Positions 1 to 8,908 of a stretch of 64,000 nt of DNA are shown piece by piece. How positions within the stretch are numbered: the stretch's first letter is position 1; the number at the start of each line of letters is the position of its first letter. Below the pieces are notes generated by a model that worked only from the letters and a program-made list of their open reading frames with translations, was not told where the DNA came from and did not search any database. Source of the stretch: Bacteroidota bacterium (GTDB lineage Bacteria; Bacteroidota; Ignavibacteria; Kryptoniales; JAKASW01). The stretch covers positions 5,979-69,978 of the forward strand of contig JAMCQL010000035.1 of assembly GCA_023381615.1 (NCBI GenBank), read 5' to 3'. The position numbers and the translations under genes were made by a program.

Positions 1-38
1 AAGGCGGAATCGTCTACAACCAATACCCTGACAGCCAT
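1..38 (-). CDS. 5' end of a receiver-domain gene, probably CheB methylesterase (runs off the window edge)
   Basis: Reverse complement of 1-38 reads MAVRVLVVDDSA, a canonical receiver-domain start. It begins 1 nt after the cheA stop. Only 12 codons are visible. Confidence 0.4.
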   Translation of the reverse strand, partial: MAVRVLVVDDSA

Positions 39-39
39 T

Positions 40-1884
40 TTAAGCTCTTACCTCGTTCGCAACTGCCATCTTCGAGCCGTTTTTTTTCTGCACCAGCCGC
101 AGAAGCTCTCCCGCGTCGAGGATCATTATGACTCTTCCGTCGCCTAAAATCGTTGAGCCCGCAATGCCGGGAATGTTTTTCAGATAAGCTCCGAGCGGCT
201 TGATCACGATTTCTTTTTGTCCAACGAGCCTGTCCACGACAATTCCAAACTTGTGATTTGCAACTCCGACAACGACGGTGTAAAAACTCCGGCTCGCTTC
301 ATCGCGTCCCGGAACATCGAGGATTTCCGAGATGTCAACCAGCGGCAGAACTGTCTCCCGCAGTCTTATCACTTCGCGTCCATGCACGGTCGAAACTTCG
401 TTCTTTGGTGTGTGTACCACTTCGAGGACAGAACTTAATGGAACTGCAAATGTCTCGCTTCCGACTCCGACGAGCAGACCCTGAATGATCGCGAGAGTCA
501 GCGGGAGTTTCAGCGTAAACTTAGTTCCTTTTCCAACGGCGGACTCAACCGCGATTATCCCATTTAGTTTCGTGATATTTGTTTTAACGACGTCCATCCC
601 GACGCCTCTGCCGGAAACGCTGCTGACCCTCTGCGCGGTGCTGAATCCGGGAATAAAAATGAGGCTGTAAGCGTCTTCTGTCTTCATCTCATGCGCTTCT
701 TCCTGCGTAATCAAGCCTTTCTCAAGCGCTTTCACCTTGAGTCTCTCTGGATCGATGCCCGCGCCGTCGTCCTGTATTTCGATAATTATGTGGTTTCCTT
801 CGTGTCCAGCGGAGAGGTAAACCGTGCCGCGCCGGGGCTTTCCGAGTTTTTCTCTTTCGTCCGGACTTTCGACTCCGTGGTCCGCGGCGTTTCTGATCAG
901 GTGTACCAGTGGGTCGCTGATCTCTTCGATGATGGATTTGTCGAGTTCGGTTTCTTCTCCCTCGATTACGAGATCGATTTCCTTGGAAAATTCTCTGGCG
1001 ATATCGCGAACAAGACGGGGAAATCTGTTGAACACTTTTCCGATCTGCACCATTCGTGTTTTCATAACAGCCGTCTGTAATTCGGTGGTAATGAAATCGA
1101 TCTGTGTGCTGGTCTCGTTTAATTGGCGGGCAAAATCTTCGCGCTCTTCTTCATCTCCGGCTGAGATTACGATTTGAGATAATCTGTTTCTGCCGAGAAC
1201 GAGTTCGCCGACGAGGTTCATCAGATGATCGAGCCGGCTGACGTCGACGCGGATCGTAGTATCGGTTGTCTTATCGGCTTTTTGAGTTTGAGAAGGCTGC
1301 TGAGATCCGGAGGCAGTATCCTGGTGTGCTGCATCTTTTGGCTCAACGCCGGGAGTTTCCGTCTTGTCCTCAGTTTGGGGATTCGCTTGGGGTTTTCCTT
1401 CATGAGCAGTCGTTGTCTCGGCTGGAGCAGTGGATTCTGCTTTTTGCGCTTTTACTTCCGCACCGGCTTTCTCCGGTATGACGCCGCTGGAGAGCGATTC
1501 GAGCTTCTTGATTGTCGGAGCAAGGTCGATTTCCTGAATGTCATGGTCGACTACCTGTTTCAACAGAACTTTCATCAGGTCGAATGCCTCGAACATGACG
1601 TCCATCATGGCAGACTGAAATTTAAGTTCGTCGCGTCTCAGTTTATTCAATACATCTTCAAATCTGTGAGCGAGGATGCTCATCTGCTCGAAGCTTAGAA
1701 ATCCTGATGTGCCTTTTACGGTGTGGACCGCCCGGAAGATCGAGTTGACAAGCTCCTTGTCTTCGGGCCTTTTCTCAAGTTCAAGAATTTCATTGTCAAG
1801 TTTCTCGAATATTTCGTTTGTCTCGACTATAAAGCTGTCGACGATTTCCACCATGTCGCCCGAAAACATCGGATGCTGCGCCAT
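40..1884 (-). CDS. cheA: Chemotaxis histidine kinase CheA
   Basis: HPt motif AVHTVKGTSGFL, kinase G1 box DDGAGID, G2 box GRGVGMD and a C-terminal CheW-like domain. A low-complexity linker occupies the place of a P2 domain. Confidence 0.95.
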   Translation of the reverse strand: MAQHPMFSGDMVEIVDSFIVETNEIFEKLDNEILELEKRPEDKELVNSIFRAVHTVKGTSGFLSFEQMSILAHRFEDVLNKLRRDELKFQSAMMDVMFEAFDLMKVLLKQVVDHDIQEIDLAPTIKKLESLSSGVIPEKAGAEVKAQKAESTAPAETTTAHEGKPQANPQTEDKTETPGVEPKDAAHQDTASGSQQPSQTQKADKTTDTTIRVDVSRLDHLMNLVGELVLGRNRLSQIVISAGDEEEREDFARQLNETSTQIDFITTELQTAVMKTRMVQIGKVFNRFPRLVRDIAREFSKEIDLVIEGEETELDKSIIEEISDPLVHLIRNAADHGVESPDEREKLGKPRRGTVYLSAGHEGNHIIIEIQDDGAGIDPERLKVKALEKGLITQEEAHEMKTEDAYSLIFIPGFSTAQRVSSVSGRGVGMDVVKTNITKLNGIIAVESAVGKGTKFTLKLPLTLAIIQGLLVGVGSETFAVPLSSVLEVVHTPKNEVSTVHGREVIRLRETVLPLVDISEILDVPGRDEASRSFYTVVVGVANHKFGIVVDRLVGQKEIVIKPLGAYLKNIPGIAGSTILGDGRVIMILDAGELLRLVQKKNGSKMAVANEVRA

Positions 1885-1890
1885 TGTCTT

Positions 1891-2721
1891 TCACGCTCCT
1901 TTTCCGAAAAGCTTATCGATTTCGTCTTGCGATGCGGGGTCCGCTGTCTTGTCTCCCATCTGGTTGATCCTGCCCTTTATCGAGTCTGCGTCTTGCATAA
2001 TTTTGTCAGCGGTTTTCTGTCCCTTTCCGGACCTGTCGTAAGAAGCGTGGGGATCGAACGAATGATGTTCAGCTTTTTCTATCTCGCTCATTAATTCCGT
2101 ATCACTGATTTTGAATCTGTTGATGAGAGTTGAGAGCCTTTCCTGGACCGATTCGATAAGATGGTTTACCGATGCGATTTGCTGCGACGTAATATCTTGA
2201 ACCTGCAATGAGATCATGATGTCGTTTGACTTTGCCCGGATCTCTTTCAGGCTTTGCTCGAGTCCCGTTGCATTGGACATCAGCGCTTTAATGTGTTCGT
2301 GTTTTTGCTCCTGAAGATTTGCAATGTCCCGGAGTAATTTGTCGTTGCTGCCGTTGAGCGAAGCAGAGATGGTCTCGTAAACTTTTTCGTCCAGCTTGTC
2401 CAGCGCGGTTAAATCCGCAGCAGCGGTTTGAAAATGCAGATCGATTGCATTCAGTTTGGAAAGAACTGTGTCTAAGTTGTCAAGAATTTCTGTCGTTGCA
2501 AGCTCAGTCGCCTGAGTTACTTTGTTCAGTTGAGAAGATGCGCGCGGCATTTTGTTGGCGCTTTCGTAAATAGAGACATTAATCTCTTCCAGCACTGGAA
2601 TGATGTCGTGTACGAAGTAGAAAAGTTCTTCGAGAAAAGGAATCACCCGCTGCCCGAAAATGAACAGTGCGCGTAGTTCGTTGATCTTGTCCAAGATCTC
2701 TCCGAGATTCTTCGAGTTCAT
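1891..2721 (-). CDS. CheZ-like CheY-P phosphatase
   Basis: Sits between cheY and cheA. The helix LNKVTQATELATTEILDNLD resembles the CheZ TEQAA helix. A D-x-x-x-Q catalytic-type motif occurs in VQDITSQQI. Confidence 0.55.
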   Translation of the reverse strand: MNSKNLGEILDKINELRALFIFGQRVIPFLEELFYFVHDIIPVLEEINVSIYESANKMPRASSQLNKVTQATELATTEILDNLDTVLSKLNAIDLHFQTAAADLTALDKLDEKVYETISASLNGSNDKLLRDIANLQEQKHEHIKALMSNATGLEQSLKEIRAKSNDIMISLQVQDITSQQIASVNHLIESVQERLSTLINRFKISDTELMSEIEKAEHHSFDPHASYDRSGKGQKTADKIMQDADSIKGRINQMGDKTADPASQDEIDKLFGKGA

Positions 2722-2732
2722 TTTGCCCTCTC

Positions 2733-3101
2733 TTACAATGTTTTCAGAATTTGGTCAATTTTTTCTTTTAGCACTTGCGGCGTAAAAGGTTTTACAACGT
2801 AATTGTTCACTCTCGCTTGCAGAGCTTCCATGACGTCTTCTTTCATTCCGCGCGTGGTAACCATAAGAATCGGCAGATTGCTGAATTGCTCGTCGCCGCG
2901 TATTGCTTTGGTAAGTTCAAGGCCGCTCATATTGGGCATGTTCCAGTCAGTGATTATGAAATCGATCTTCTCGACATAAAGCTTTGCTATCGCGTCTTTG
3001 CCGTCTTCAGCTTCAATAATATCGTCATAACCAATGCCCTTGAGGGCGTTGTTGACAATTCTGCGCATCGTTTGTGAATCGTCAACGACAAGAAATTTCA
3101 T
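2733..3101 (-). CDS. cheY: Chemotaxis response regulator CheY
   Basis: 122 aa single receiver: MKFLVVDDS, DFIITDWNMPNMSG, VVKPF. Confidence 0.9.
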   Translation of the reverse strand: MKFLVVDDSQTMRRIVNNALKGIGYDDIIEAEDGKDAIAKLYVEKIDFIITDWNMPNMSGLELTKAIRGDEQFSNLPILMVTTRGMKEDVMEALQARVNNYVVKPFTPQVLKEKIDQILKTL

Positions 3102-3112
3102 TTGCTGTCTCC

Positions 3113-3481
3113 TCAGTTAATGTATTTTGCTACTTCGTATTGAATGCGTTTTTGATCAAAAGGTTTTACGAGATATGAATTCGCTCCGAGTCTCAGTCCT
3201 AACTGGATATCCTGGTCGCTGCTGAGCGACGAGAGAATAATTACCGGCACTTCGAAGTACTCTCTGTCTTCACGCAGCGCCCTCAAAAACTCGAATCCGT
3301 CTATGTTCGGCATGTTGAGATCGGTAATGACCAGATCAACTCTGGTCTGTGAGAGTTTTTCGAGTGCGTCCATTCCGTCTCTCGCCGGGATCACGGAGAA
3401 ACCCTGCGCGCGCAAGGCGAAAACGAGAAATTTTCTTATAGGCTCGGAGTCGTCAACAACCATCACTGCTTTAGTTGCCAT
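3113..3481 (-). CDS. Second CheY-like single-domain response regulator
   Basis: 122 aa receiver: VMVVDDSE, DLVITDLNMPNIDG, LVKPF. Confidence 0.85.
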   Translation of the reverse strand: MATKAVMVVDDSEPIRKFLVFALRAQGFSVIPARDGMDALEKLSQTRVDLVITDLNMPNIDGFEFLRALREDREYFEVPVIILSSLSSDQDIQLGLRLGANSYLVKPFDQKRIQYEVAKYIN

Positions 3482-3484
3482 TCC

Positions 3485-4357
3485 TCACTCCTTTCGGTAT
3501 GCAATTGCTTTATCGAAATGAACCGGCTTGAATACCTGCGTCAGACCGTAAAGTGTTTCTGAATAACCGACGAAGAAGTATCCTTCCTTGTTCAAGCTGT
3601 CGTAGATCGACGACACGACGGTCTGTTTCGAATTGAAGTCAAAATATATTAAGACATTCGCGGCGAACACGACATCGAAGCCTCTCATTGCACGCATCGC
3701 GTTTCTGTCGAATAAATTCATCTGCCTGAAGTCAGTCATTTTTCTAATTTCTTCGCTGAGAACAAACTTGTCGCCGTCCTGCCGGAAATATTTGTCTAAA
3801 TAGGCTTTCGGAATATTTCTGACCGCGTAATCTTTGTAAACGCCTCTTCTTGCGGTATCGAGAACTTGCGTGTTTATGTCCGTTCCAACGATTTCAAATT
3901 TTGTGAATGGGAAGCGGGGTTGAAACTTCTCCCTGATTATGAGAGCTATCGTATGCGGCTCTTCTCCGGTCGAAGAAGCGGCGCTCCAAATCCTGACCTT
4001 GTTGGTCCCGTCTTCCTTGCGCTTTCTGATCAGTTCGGGGAGTATCCATTCTTCGAGGACGTTGAACTGCGGTTCGTTCCTAAAGAAGAATGTTTCGTTT
4101 ATCGTGATCGAGTTTATGAGATGCGAAAGTTCGGTCACCCCTTGTCCGTTCATCAAAACGCCGAAGTATCCCTGGAAGGTGTTCAATCCGAGCGCCGATA
4201 GCCGCCTGCTCACTCGGCTTTCGAGAAGATACTTCTTGTTGTCCGCGAAGAATATTCCCGTTCTTTCGTAGATGAATTTCCTCATCTGAAGAAAAGTGTC
4301 GTCCGAAAGTTTGGTGCTTTGTGACAGTAATATATTTGGTGGTGTCGTGTAACTCAT
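3485..4357 (-). CDS. cheR: Chemotaxis protein methyltransferase CheR
   Basis: N-terminal CheR helical domain (FLQMRKFIYERTGIFF), ETFFFRN, SAM-binding SAASSTGEEPHTIA. Confidence 0.9.
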   Translation of the reverse strand: MSYTTPPNILLSQSTKLSDDTFLQMRKFIYERTGIFFADNKKYLLESRVSRRLSALGLNTFQGYFGVLMNGQGVTELSHLINSITINETFFFRNEPQFNVLEEWILPELIRKRKEDGTNKVRIWSAASSTGEEPHTIALIIREKFQPRFPFTKFEIVGTDINTQVLDTARRGVYKDYAVRNIPKAYLDKYFRQDGDKFVLSEEIRKMTDFRQMNLFDRNAMRAMRGFDVVFAANVLIYFDFNSKQTVVSSIYDSLNKEGYFFVGYSETLYGLTQVFKPVHFDKAIAYRKE

Positions 4358-4361
4358 CTAA

Positions 4362-5738
4362 TTATACCTGATTCCGGTAGCCCGGCTTCAACTGGCTGAC
4401 TATGGCTGTGGCTGTGCAGCGAACATCTTCATCGTAATCTTCTGAGAGTTTTTCGAGCTGCTGAATAAAAAGTTGGGGTCCGATTCTCGCCGCTAAGTCG
4501 AGCGCGAAAATCTTGACCGGAGATTCGGGATCGTCAAGCGCTGTCTTGACTAACGCTGCGGCGCAATGCGATCCAATATTACTGCAGGCGTTAAGTACGG
4601 TGACTCTTGCGTCTACATCTAATTGGAGAAAATTCTTCGAAATGAATACCGCTGCTTCTTCCATTACCTTTGAATCGGCAAACCCAGGGCTGTTCTCGGT
4701 GCAATTCTGGATCATCGAAAGAGTCATCTTAACCAGAGCCGCCGCATTTGCTCTTTCGTTATCGAATTTGAGAATGAGTGGAAGCACTTCCTCGGCTCGG
4801 TCTTTCAAGATTGAGAATATTGCATTATCAACCGACTCCGTTTTGCCTACATGTGCGATGAGCGCTTCGAGCACATTTTCGTTGATGAAATATCTCAGAC
4901 CCCTGACAGCGGCGCGGACATATGATGTGTCTGCGTCGTCGAGCATCTCAAGTAAATGTATTTTTAGATCGCTCGGGAGACTGCCGGGGTAATCGGTGGA
5001 TTCTAAAAGTTTTACAACGGAGTGAAGCAAAACCGGTTTTGCAAGATCGGAAATCGAGTTGAGTTTTTGCAGTATAATATTCAGCAGCCCGCTGTCTTTC
5101 CGTGATGCGAGCGCCTCGGCGGCGGCAAGCTGTACGACGGGGTCATCGTCGGCGAGAGCTTTCTCCAAAAATTGCAGCTCGACCTTCTGCGGAAACTTCG
5201 CGACCGCGTTGACCACGTTCGGTTTGGCATATTCAACCTTATCGTAGAGCGCCAGGATATGGTCAGTATATTTTTCAGCGTGGAGAGCCCCGAGCGCGTC
5301 AATCGCCGCGCAGACGACATTTGGATCGGAATCGGAAAGATGCGCCGCTATTCTTTTCAGAGCCGCAGGAGTCGCGGTGAGTTGGGCTAAAATATCGATT
5401 GCAAATTTTCGCACGTCTTTGTCAGCCGAATCGACGTAGGGAAGAAGGGCGTTAACAGCAGCGCCGCCCATCCGCACGAGCGCGTCTCCCGCAAGGTTCC
5501 GCACCGTGATGTTCCTGCTTAAAATGTGAACGGCGGTGAGAGAGGCGGCTTTGTCATTCGAACAAAATACGAGCAAACGGGAAGCCGCATCGCGCACCCC
5601 CCCGTCCATGTCTGTCAGCAAGTAAGCCGCTGCTTCCAACACGCGGTCGTCGCAGGAAAAATCAAAAAGAATTTCCAGAGCGTTTCTTCGCTCGGATGCG
5701 TCGGTGGTATGAAGCTGTTCTAAAAGTTGTTCGATCAT
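4362..5738 (-). CDS. HEAT/armadillo-repeat protein
   Basis: Repeated ~30-aa units of the type D..VR..A...L (DGGVRDAASRLL, DKDVRKFAIDIL, DPNVVCAAIDAL, DDPVVQLAAAEAL, DEDVRCTATAIV). Confidence 0.7.
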   Translation of the reverse strand: MIEQLLEQLHTTDASERRNALEILFDFSCDDRVLEAAAYLLTDMDGGVRDAASRLLVFCSNDKAASLTAVHILSRNITVRNLAGDALVRMGGAAVNALLPYVDSADKDVRKFAIDILAQLTATPAALKRIAAHLSDSDPNVVCAAIDALGALHAEKYTDHILALYDKVEYAKPNVVNAVAKFPQKVELQFLEKALADDDPVVQLAAAEALASRKDSGLLNIILQKLNSISDLAKPVLLHSVVKLLESTDYPGSLPSDLKIHLLEMLDDADTSYVRAAVRGLRYFINENVLEALIAHVGKTESVDNAIFSILKDRAEEVLPLILKFDNERANAAALVKMTLSMIQNCTENSPGFADSKVMEEAAVFISKNFLQLDVDARVTVLNACSNIGSHCAAALVKTALDDPESPVKIFALDLAARIGPQLFIQQLEKLSEDYDEDVRCTATAIVSQLKPGYRNQV

Positions 5739-5748
5739 AAAATAGCTA

Positions 5749-7089
5749 TTAGAGATTTTTTGTGCGGATTATTTCGTTCTTCACTTCTTCAAATGTCGCG
5801 TTGTTATAGCTCTGTTTGAACGCAAAGCGAACGCTGTTGATTTCCGCGACCACGCTTTGGTGAACCGTGCCTAAGACGGTCAGCTTCGGACTTCTTTTGC
5901 GGCTCATCTCGACTGAGGTTTCCTGCTTCTTTGCGATCAAATTCTTGATGACTTCGTTTTGCTCCTGCAATTTGCTCTGCAGGAGTTTCAGCTGGCTCGC
6001 CTTTTCCGCCGTAAAATTATTCCCGTCGATTCTGTCCCGGACAAGAATGTAGATTACGTTCTTTAATTCTTCTGTCGCTTTCGTCTGAATTTCTATTTCC
6101 TTGTCAATTGCTCTAATCCCTTCGGTCAGCAGTTCTCTCAATCCTAATTTCACCCTTGTCGTGGAATAGAGTTCGCCGCCCAGTGTCCGCACTTCTATTT
6201 TCTCTCCGGCGGTAACAATTCCGCCCATGATTATTGCGCTGTGTCCAAGCACGGAATCTGTTGCGATGAGATGAGCGTTGACGCTTTCTTTAGTTATTGT
6301 TATTGAACCGCCCGCTTCGATCATTTGATTGAGCACAACGTGAACTTCGACATTCCCACCGGCGCGTATAAGTCCGTCGCCTCGTCCAACGAAACTTCCT
6401 TTTACGGTAACGTCTCCGTTCGCGATTATCTTCGCGTCTTCAACGGATCCTTGTATGAAAACGTTGTGCTTGACCTTCAGGCTTCCGCTTCCTTTGACGT
6501 CTCCGGTTATGCGCAGCGAGCCGGCAAATTCTATTTCTCCGTTGGAATAATCGATGTCCTGATGAATCACGTGCTCGGGATTTATCCCAACGCTTGCGTT
6601 GCTGATTTTGAGATTTCCGTCTGCGAGGGCATAGAGGTCTATCTTCTCTTCGGTCTCCGTGCGTTTGATGTTGTGATCGGTGAAGATATTTATTTGCTTC
6701 CCATGTTTGGGTTCAACCTTTTTGCCGTAGACATCTACACCAACGCTGCCGGGCGTCGGCTTATGAATAATTCCGAAAACTTCGCCTGCGTAGACGTTCG
6801 TGATTCCAAATTTCTTTTCCGCTTCTGTTGCTTCGCGGCTGCTGATTCGCTCGAACCATCCGTCTTTGCCGTCGTTATGGCGGGTGCCGGATGCCGCAAG
6901 GATCTTTTTGCCTAAGTTATTCAGTGCTTCAAAAGGCGCATTGCTCTCCAAGCCGTAAACCATCCCATTCGCTTCGAGTGCAGCCTGCACGTCCGAAGGC
7001 TGAAGTTCGGGGTCATCGACAATGATGTATGCATCGTAACCGTCTTGCGATATCTCGATCCTTATCTTCTTTGAAATAACTTCCATCAT
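5749..7089 (-). CDS. DUF342/FapA-like (flagellar assembly protein A family) protein
   Basis: Central beta-helix-like G-x-V/I repeats (GDVTVKGSFVGRGDGLIRAGGNVEVH..) followed by a C-terminal coiled coil. This architecture is typical of DUF342. Recognised by eye only. Confidence 0.6.
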   Translation of the reverse strand: MMEVISKKIRIEISQDGYDAYIIVDDPELQPSDVQAALEANGMVYGLESNAPFEALNNLGKKILAASGTRHNDGKDGWFERISSREATEAEKKFGITNVYAGEVFGIIHKPTPGSVGVDVYGKKVEPKHGKQINIFTDHNIKRTETEEKIDLYALADGNLKISNASVGINPEHVIHQDIDYSNGEIEFAGSLRITGDVKGSGSLKVKHNVFIQGSVEDAKIIANGDVTVKGSFVGRGDGLIRAGGNVEVHVVLNQMIEAGGSITITKESVNAHLIATDSVLGHSAIIMGGIVTAGEKIEVRTLGGELYSTTRVKLGLRELLTEGIRAIDKEIEIQTKATEELKNVIYILVRDRIDGNNFTAEKASQLKLLQSKLQEQNEVIKNLIAKKQETSVEMSRKRSPKLTVLGTVHQSVVAEINSVRFAFKQSYNNATFEEVKNEIIRTKNL

Positions 7090-7132
7090 ATCTCAATATT
7101 CCTGTCTTCGTGGTTTTTTTTATTTGTCTGTG

Positions 7133-8908
7133 TCAGTTTGCTTTACTGGATAATTCGCTGAGACCTGCGTTGCGTTTCGGTTGACGCGCAAAGCTTAAGG
7201 AAGCTCCTATTGTCGCTTGTTTCTCGTTTTCTTTTTTTTCGATTTTGAAATTCAAGATCAGGTTTTGAAGATTTTCGGTAAGTCTGTTGAGATCGTCTGC
7301 CGCGCGCGCTATTTGTGAAATTCCGTTTGCCGACTCGGTCGAGACGGTAGAAATGGACTCTACATTTTTTGAAATCTGCTCGCTCGTTGATGATTGCTCC
7401 TCGCTTGCGGCGGCGATTTGCATCATCATGTCAATTGCCGCCTGTGTGTTCTGGACGATATTTTTCAGCGACTCGCCGGCTTTATCTGCCAATCTGATTC
7501 CTTCCGCGACTTCATCGTTCCCGCGTTTCATAGAACTGACTGCTGCGGTGGCTTCTGCCTGCACATTTTTTATCATGGACGCGATTTGCTTTGTTGCCTG
7601 TGTGGTTCTCTCGGCAAGTTTTCTCACTTCGTCGGCGACAACGGCGAAACCTCTTCCTTCTTCGCCGGCGCGCGCTGCCTCGATTGCGGCGTTCAGCGCA
7701 AGAAGATTCGTCTGGTCGGCAATGTCATCTATTACGGAGATTATTTCCCCGATTTCTTGCGTGGAAGATCCGAGGCGCTCGACGGTCGAAGCTGATTTTT
7801 GAACGACTTCGGCAATCTCACGTATTTTCTTAACGGTCTTTTCGACAACTATGCCGCCTTCTTTCGCAACCTGACCGTTCTTCTTGGCGACATCCGCGGT
7901 ATTTGTAGCGTTCTTTGAATTCTCGATGACAGTTCTCGTCATTTCCTCGACTGCCGCCGCGACTTCGCCGGCTTGTGCCGACTGCTCCTGCGCACCCGCC
8001 GCCAATTCTTCCGTCGAACTGCTTATCTGCGCGGAAGCGCTCGCCACTGAACTCGAAGTTTCGGAAACCCGCTGAAGTGTCAATCTCAGGTCGTCGATCA
8101 TTTTTTGGACTTCCTTGCCAAGGTCATAAAGCTGGCTGTCCTCGCCGATTTCGACGGATGTCGTGAGGTCTCCGGATGCAACGGCAAGAACGGCTTTCGC
8201 GATCGGCGCAACTTGCTGCTCCAAGTATTCTCTTTGCTTCTTTATGTTTCTTCGCAGGTCTATGAAAGTAAGGAATGCCCCGACAATTTCTCCATTTGCA
8301 TTTCTAATCGGTCCGGAACTGGCGATAACAGGGATTGTTTCGTCCTTATGATTCTTGATGTTTACTTCATAAGCATCCATCGGTTTACCGGCAAGGGCGC
8401 TTCGGGTAGCGGTCTCTGACCCAAACAATTCCTTGACCGTCATCTTCCCGACAACTTCGTCAGATGAAACAGCCATCAACTCGCAAGCGGATTTGTTAAC
8501 GAATGTGAGGATAGTGTTCTTGTCAGCCATGAAGAACGGGCTCTCGATGCTGAGCTGAATACTTTTCAGCATTGCCATCTCGTCTTGAATTCGACGTACC
8601 ATACTATTTAATGATTTAGCAAGGATGCCGATCTCATTTTTGGAAGAATCATCAATTTGAAGTCCTAAACTGCTTGCAGTAATCGAGTCTGCTTTATTCG
8701 CAAGGTTAATAATTGGCTTGCTTATGCTTTTCGCAACTATGACTCCAAGTCCGACGAAAATGATGACTGAGATGGCCATTAACGTATAGTTCTGGCTGAA
8801 ACCTGCCGCCAGCGAGACTGCCGCGGAAAGCACGGAGAGTAAGACAAGTTTGAGGAGTATCCCCGTGTTTGATATGGTGCGCATTGAATTATCCTTTTGT
8901 TTGGTCAT
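7133..8908 (-). CDS. Methyl-accepting chemotaxis protein (TM-HAMP-PAS-like-signalling domain)
   Basis: Hairpin-tip motif [41 protein letters not shown]. The start overlaps the upstream MCP stop. Confidence 0.9.
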   Translation of the reverse strand: MTKQKDNSMRTISNTGILLKLVLLSVLSAAVSLAAGFSQNYTLMAISVIIFVGLGVIVAKSISKPIINLANKADSITASSLGLQIDDSSKNEIGILAKSLNSMVRRIQDEMAMLKSIQLSIESPFFMADKNTILTFVNKSACELMAVSSDEVVGKMTVKELFGSETATRSALAGKPMDAYEVNIKNHKDETIPVIASSGPIRNANGEIVGAFLTFIDLRRNIKKQREYLEQQVAPIAKAVLAVASGDLTTSVEIGEDSQLYDLGKEVQKMIDDLRLTLQRVSETSSSVASASAQISSSTEELAAGAQEQSAQAGEVAAAVEEMTRTVIENSKNATNTADVAKKNGQVAKEGGIVVEKTVKKIREIAEVVQKSASTVERLGSSTQEIGEIISVIDDIADQTNLLALNAAIEAARAGEEGRGFAVVADEVRKLAERTTQATKQIASMIKNVQAEATAAVSSMKRGNDEVAEGIRLADKAGESLKNIVQNTQAAIDMMMQIAAASEEQSSTSEQISKNVESISTVSTESANGISQIARAADDLNRLTENLQNLILNFKIEKKENEKQATIGASLSFARQPKRNAGLSELSSKAN

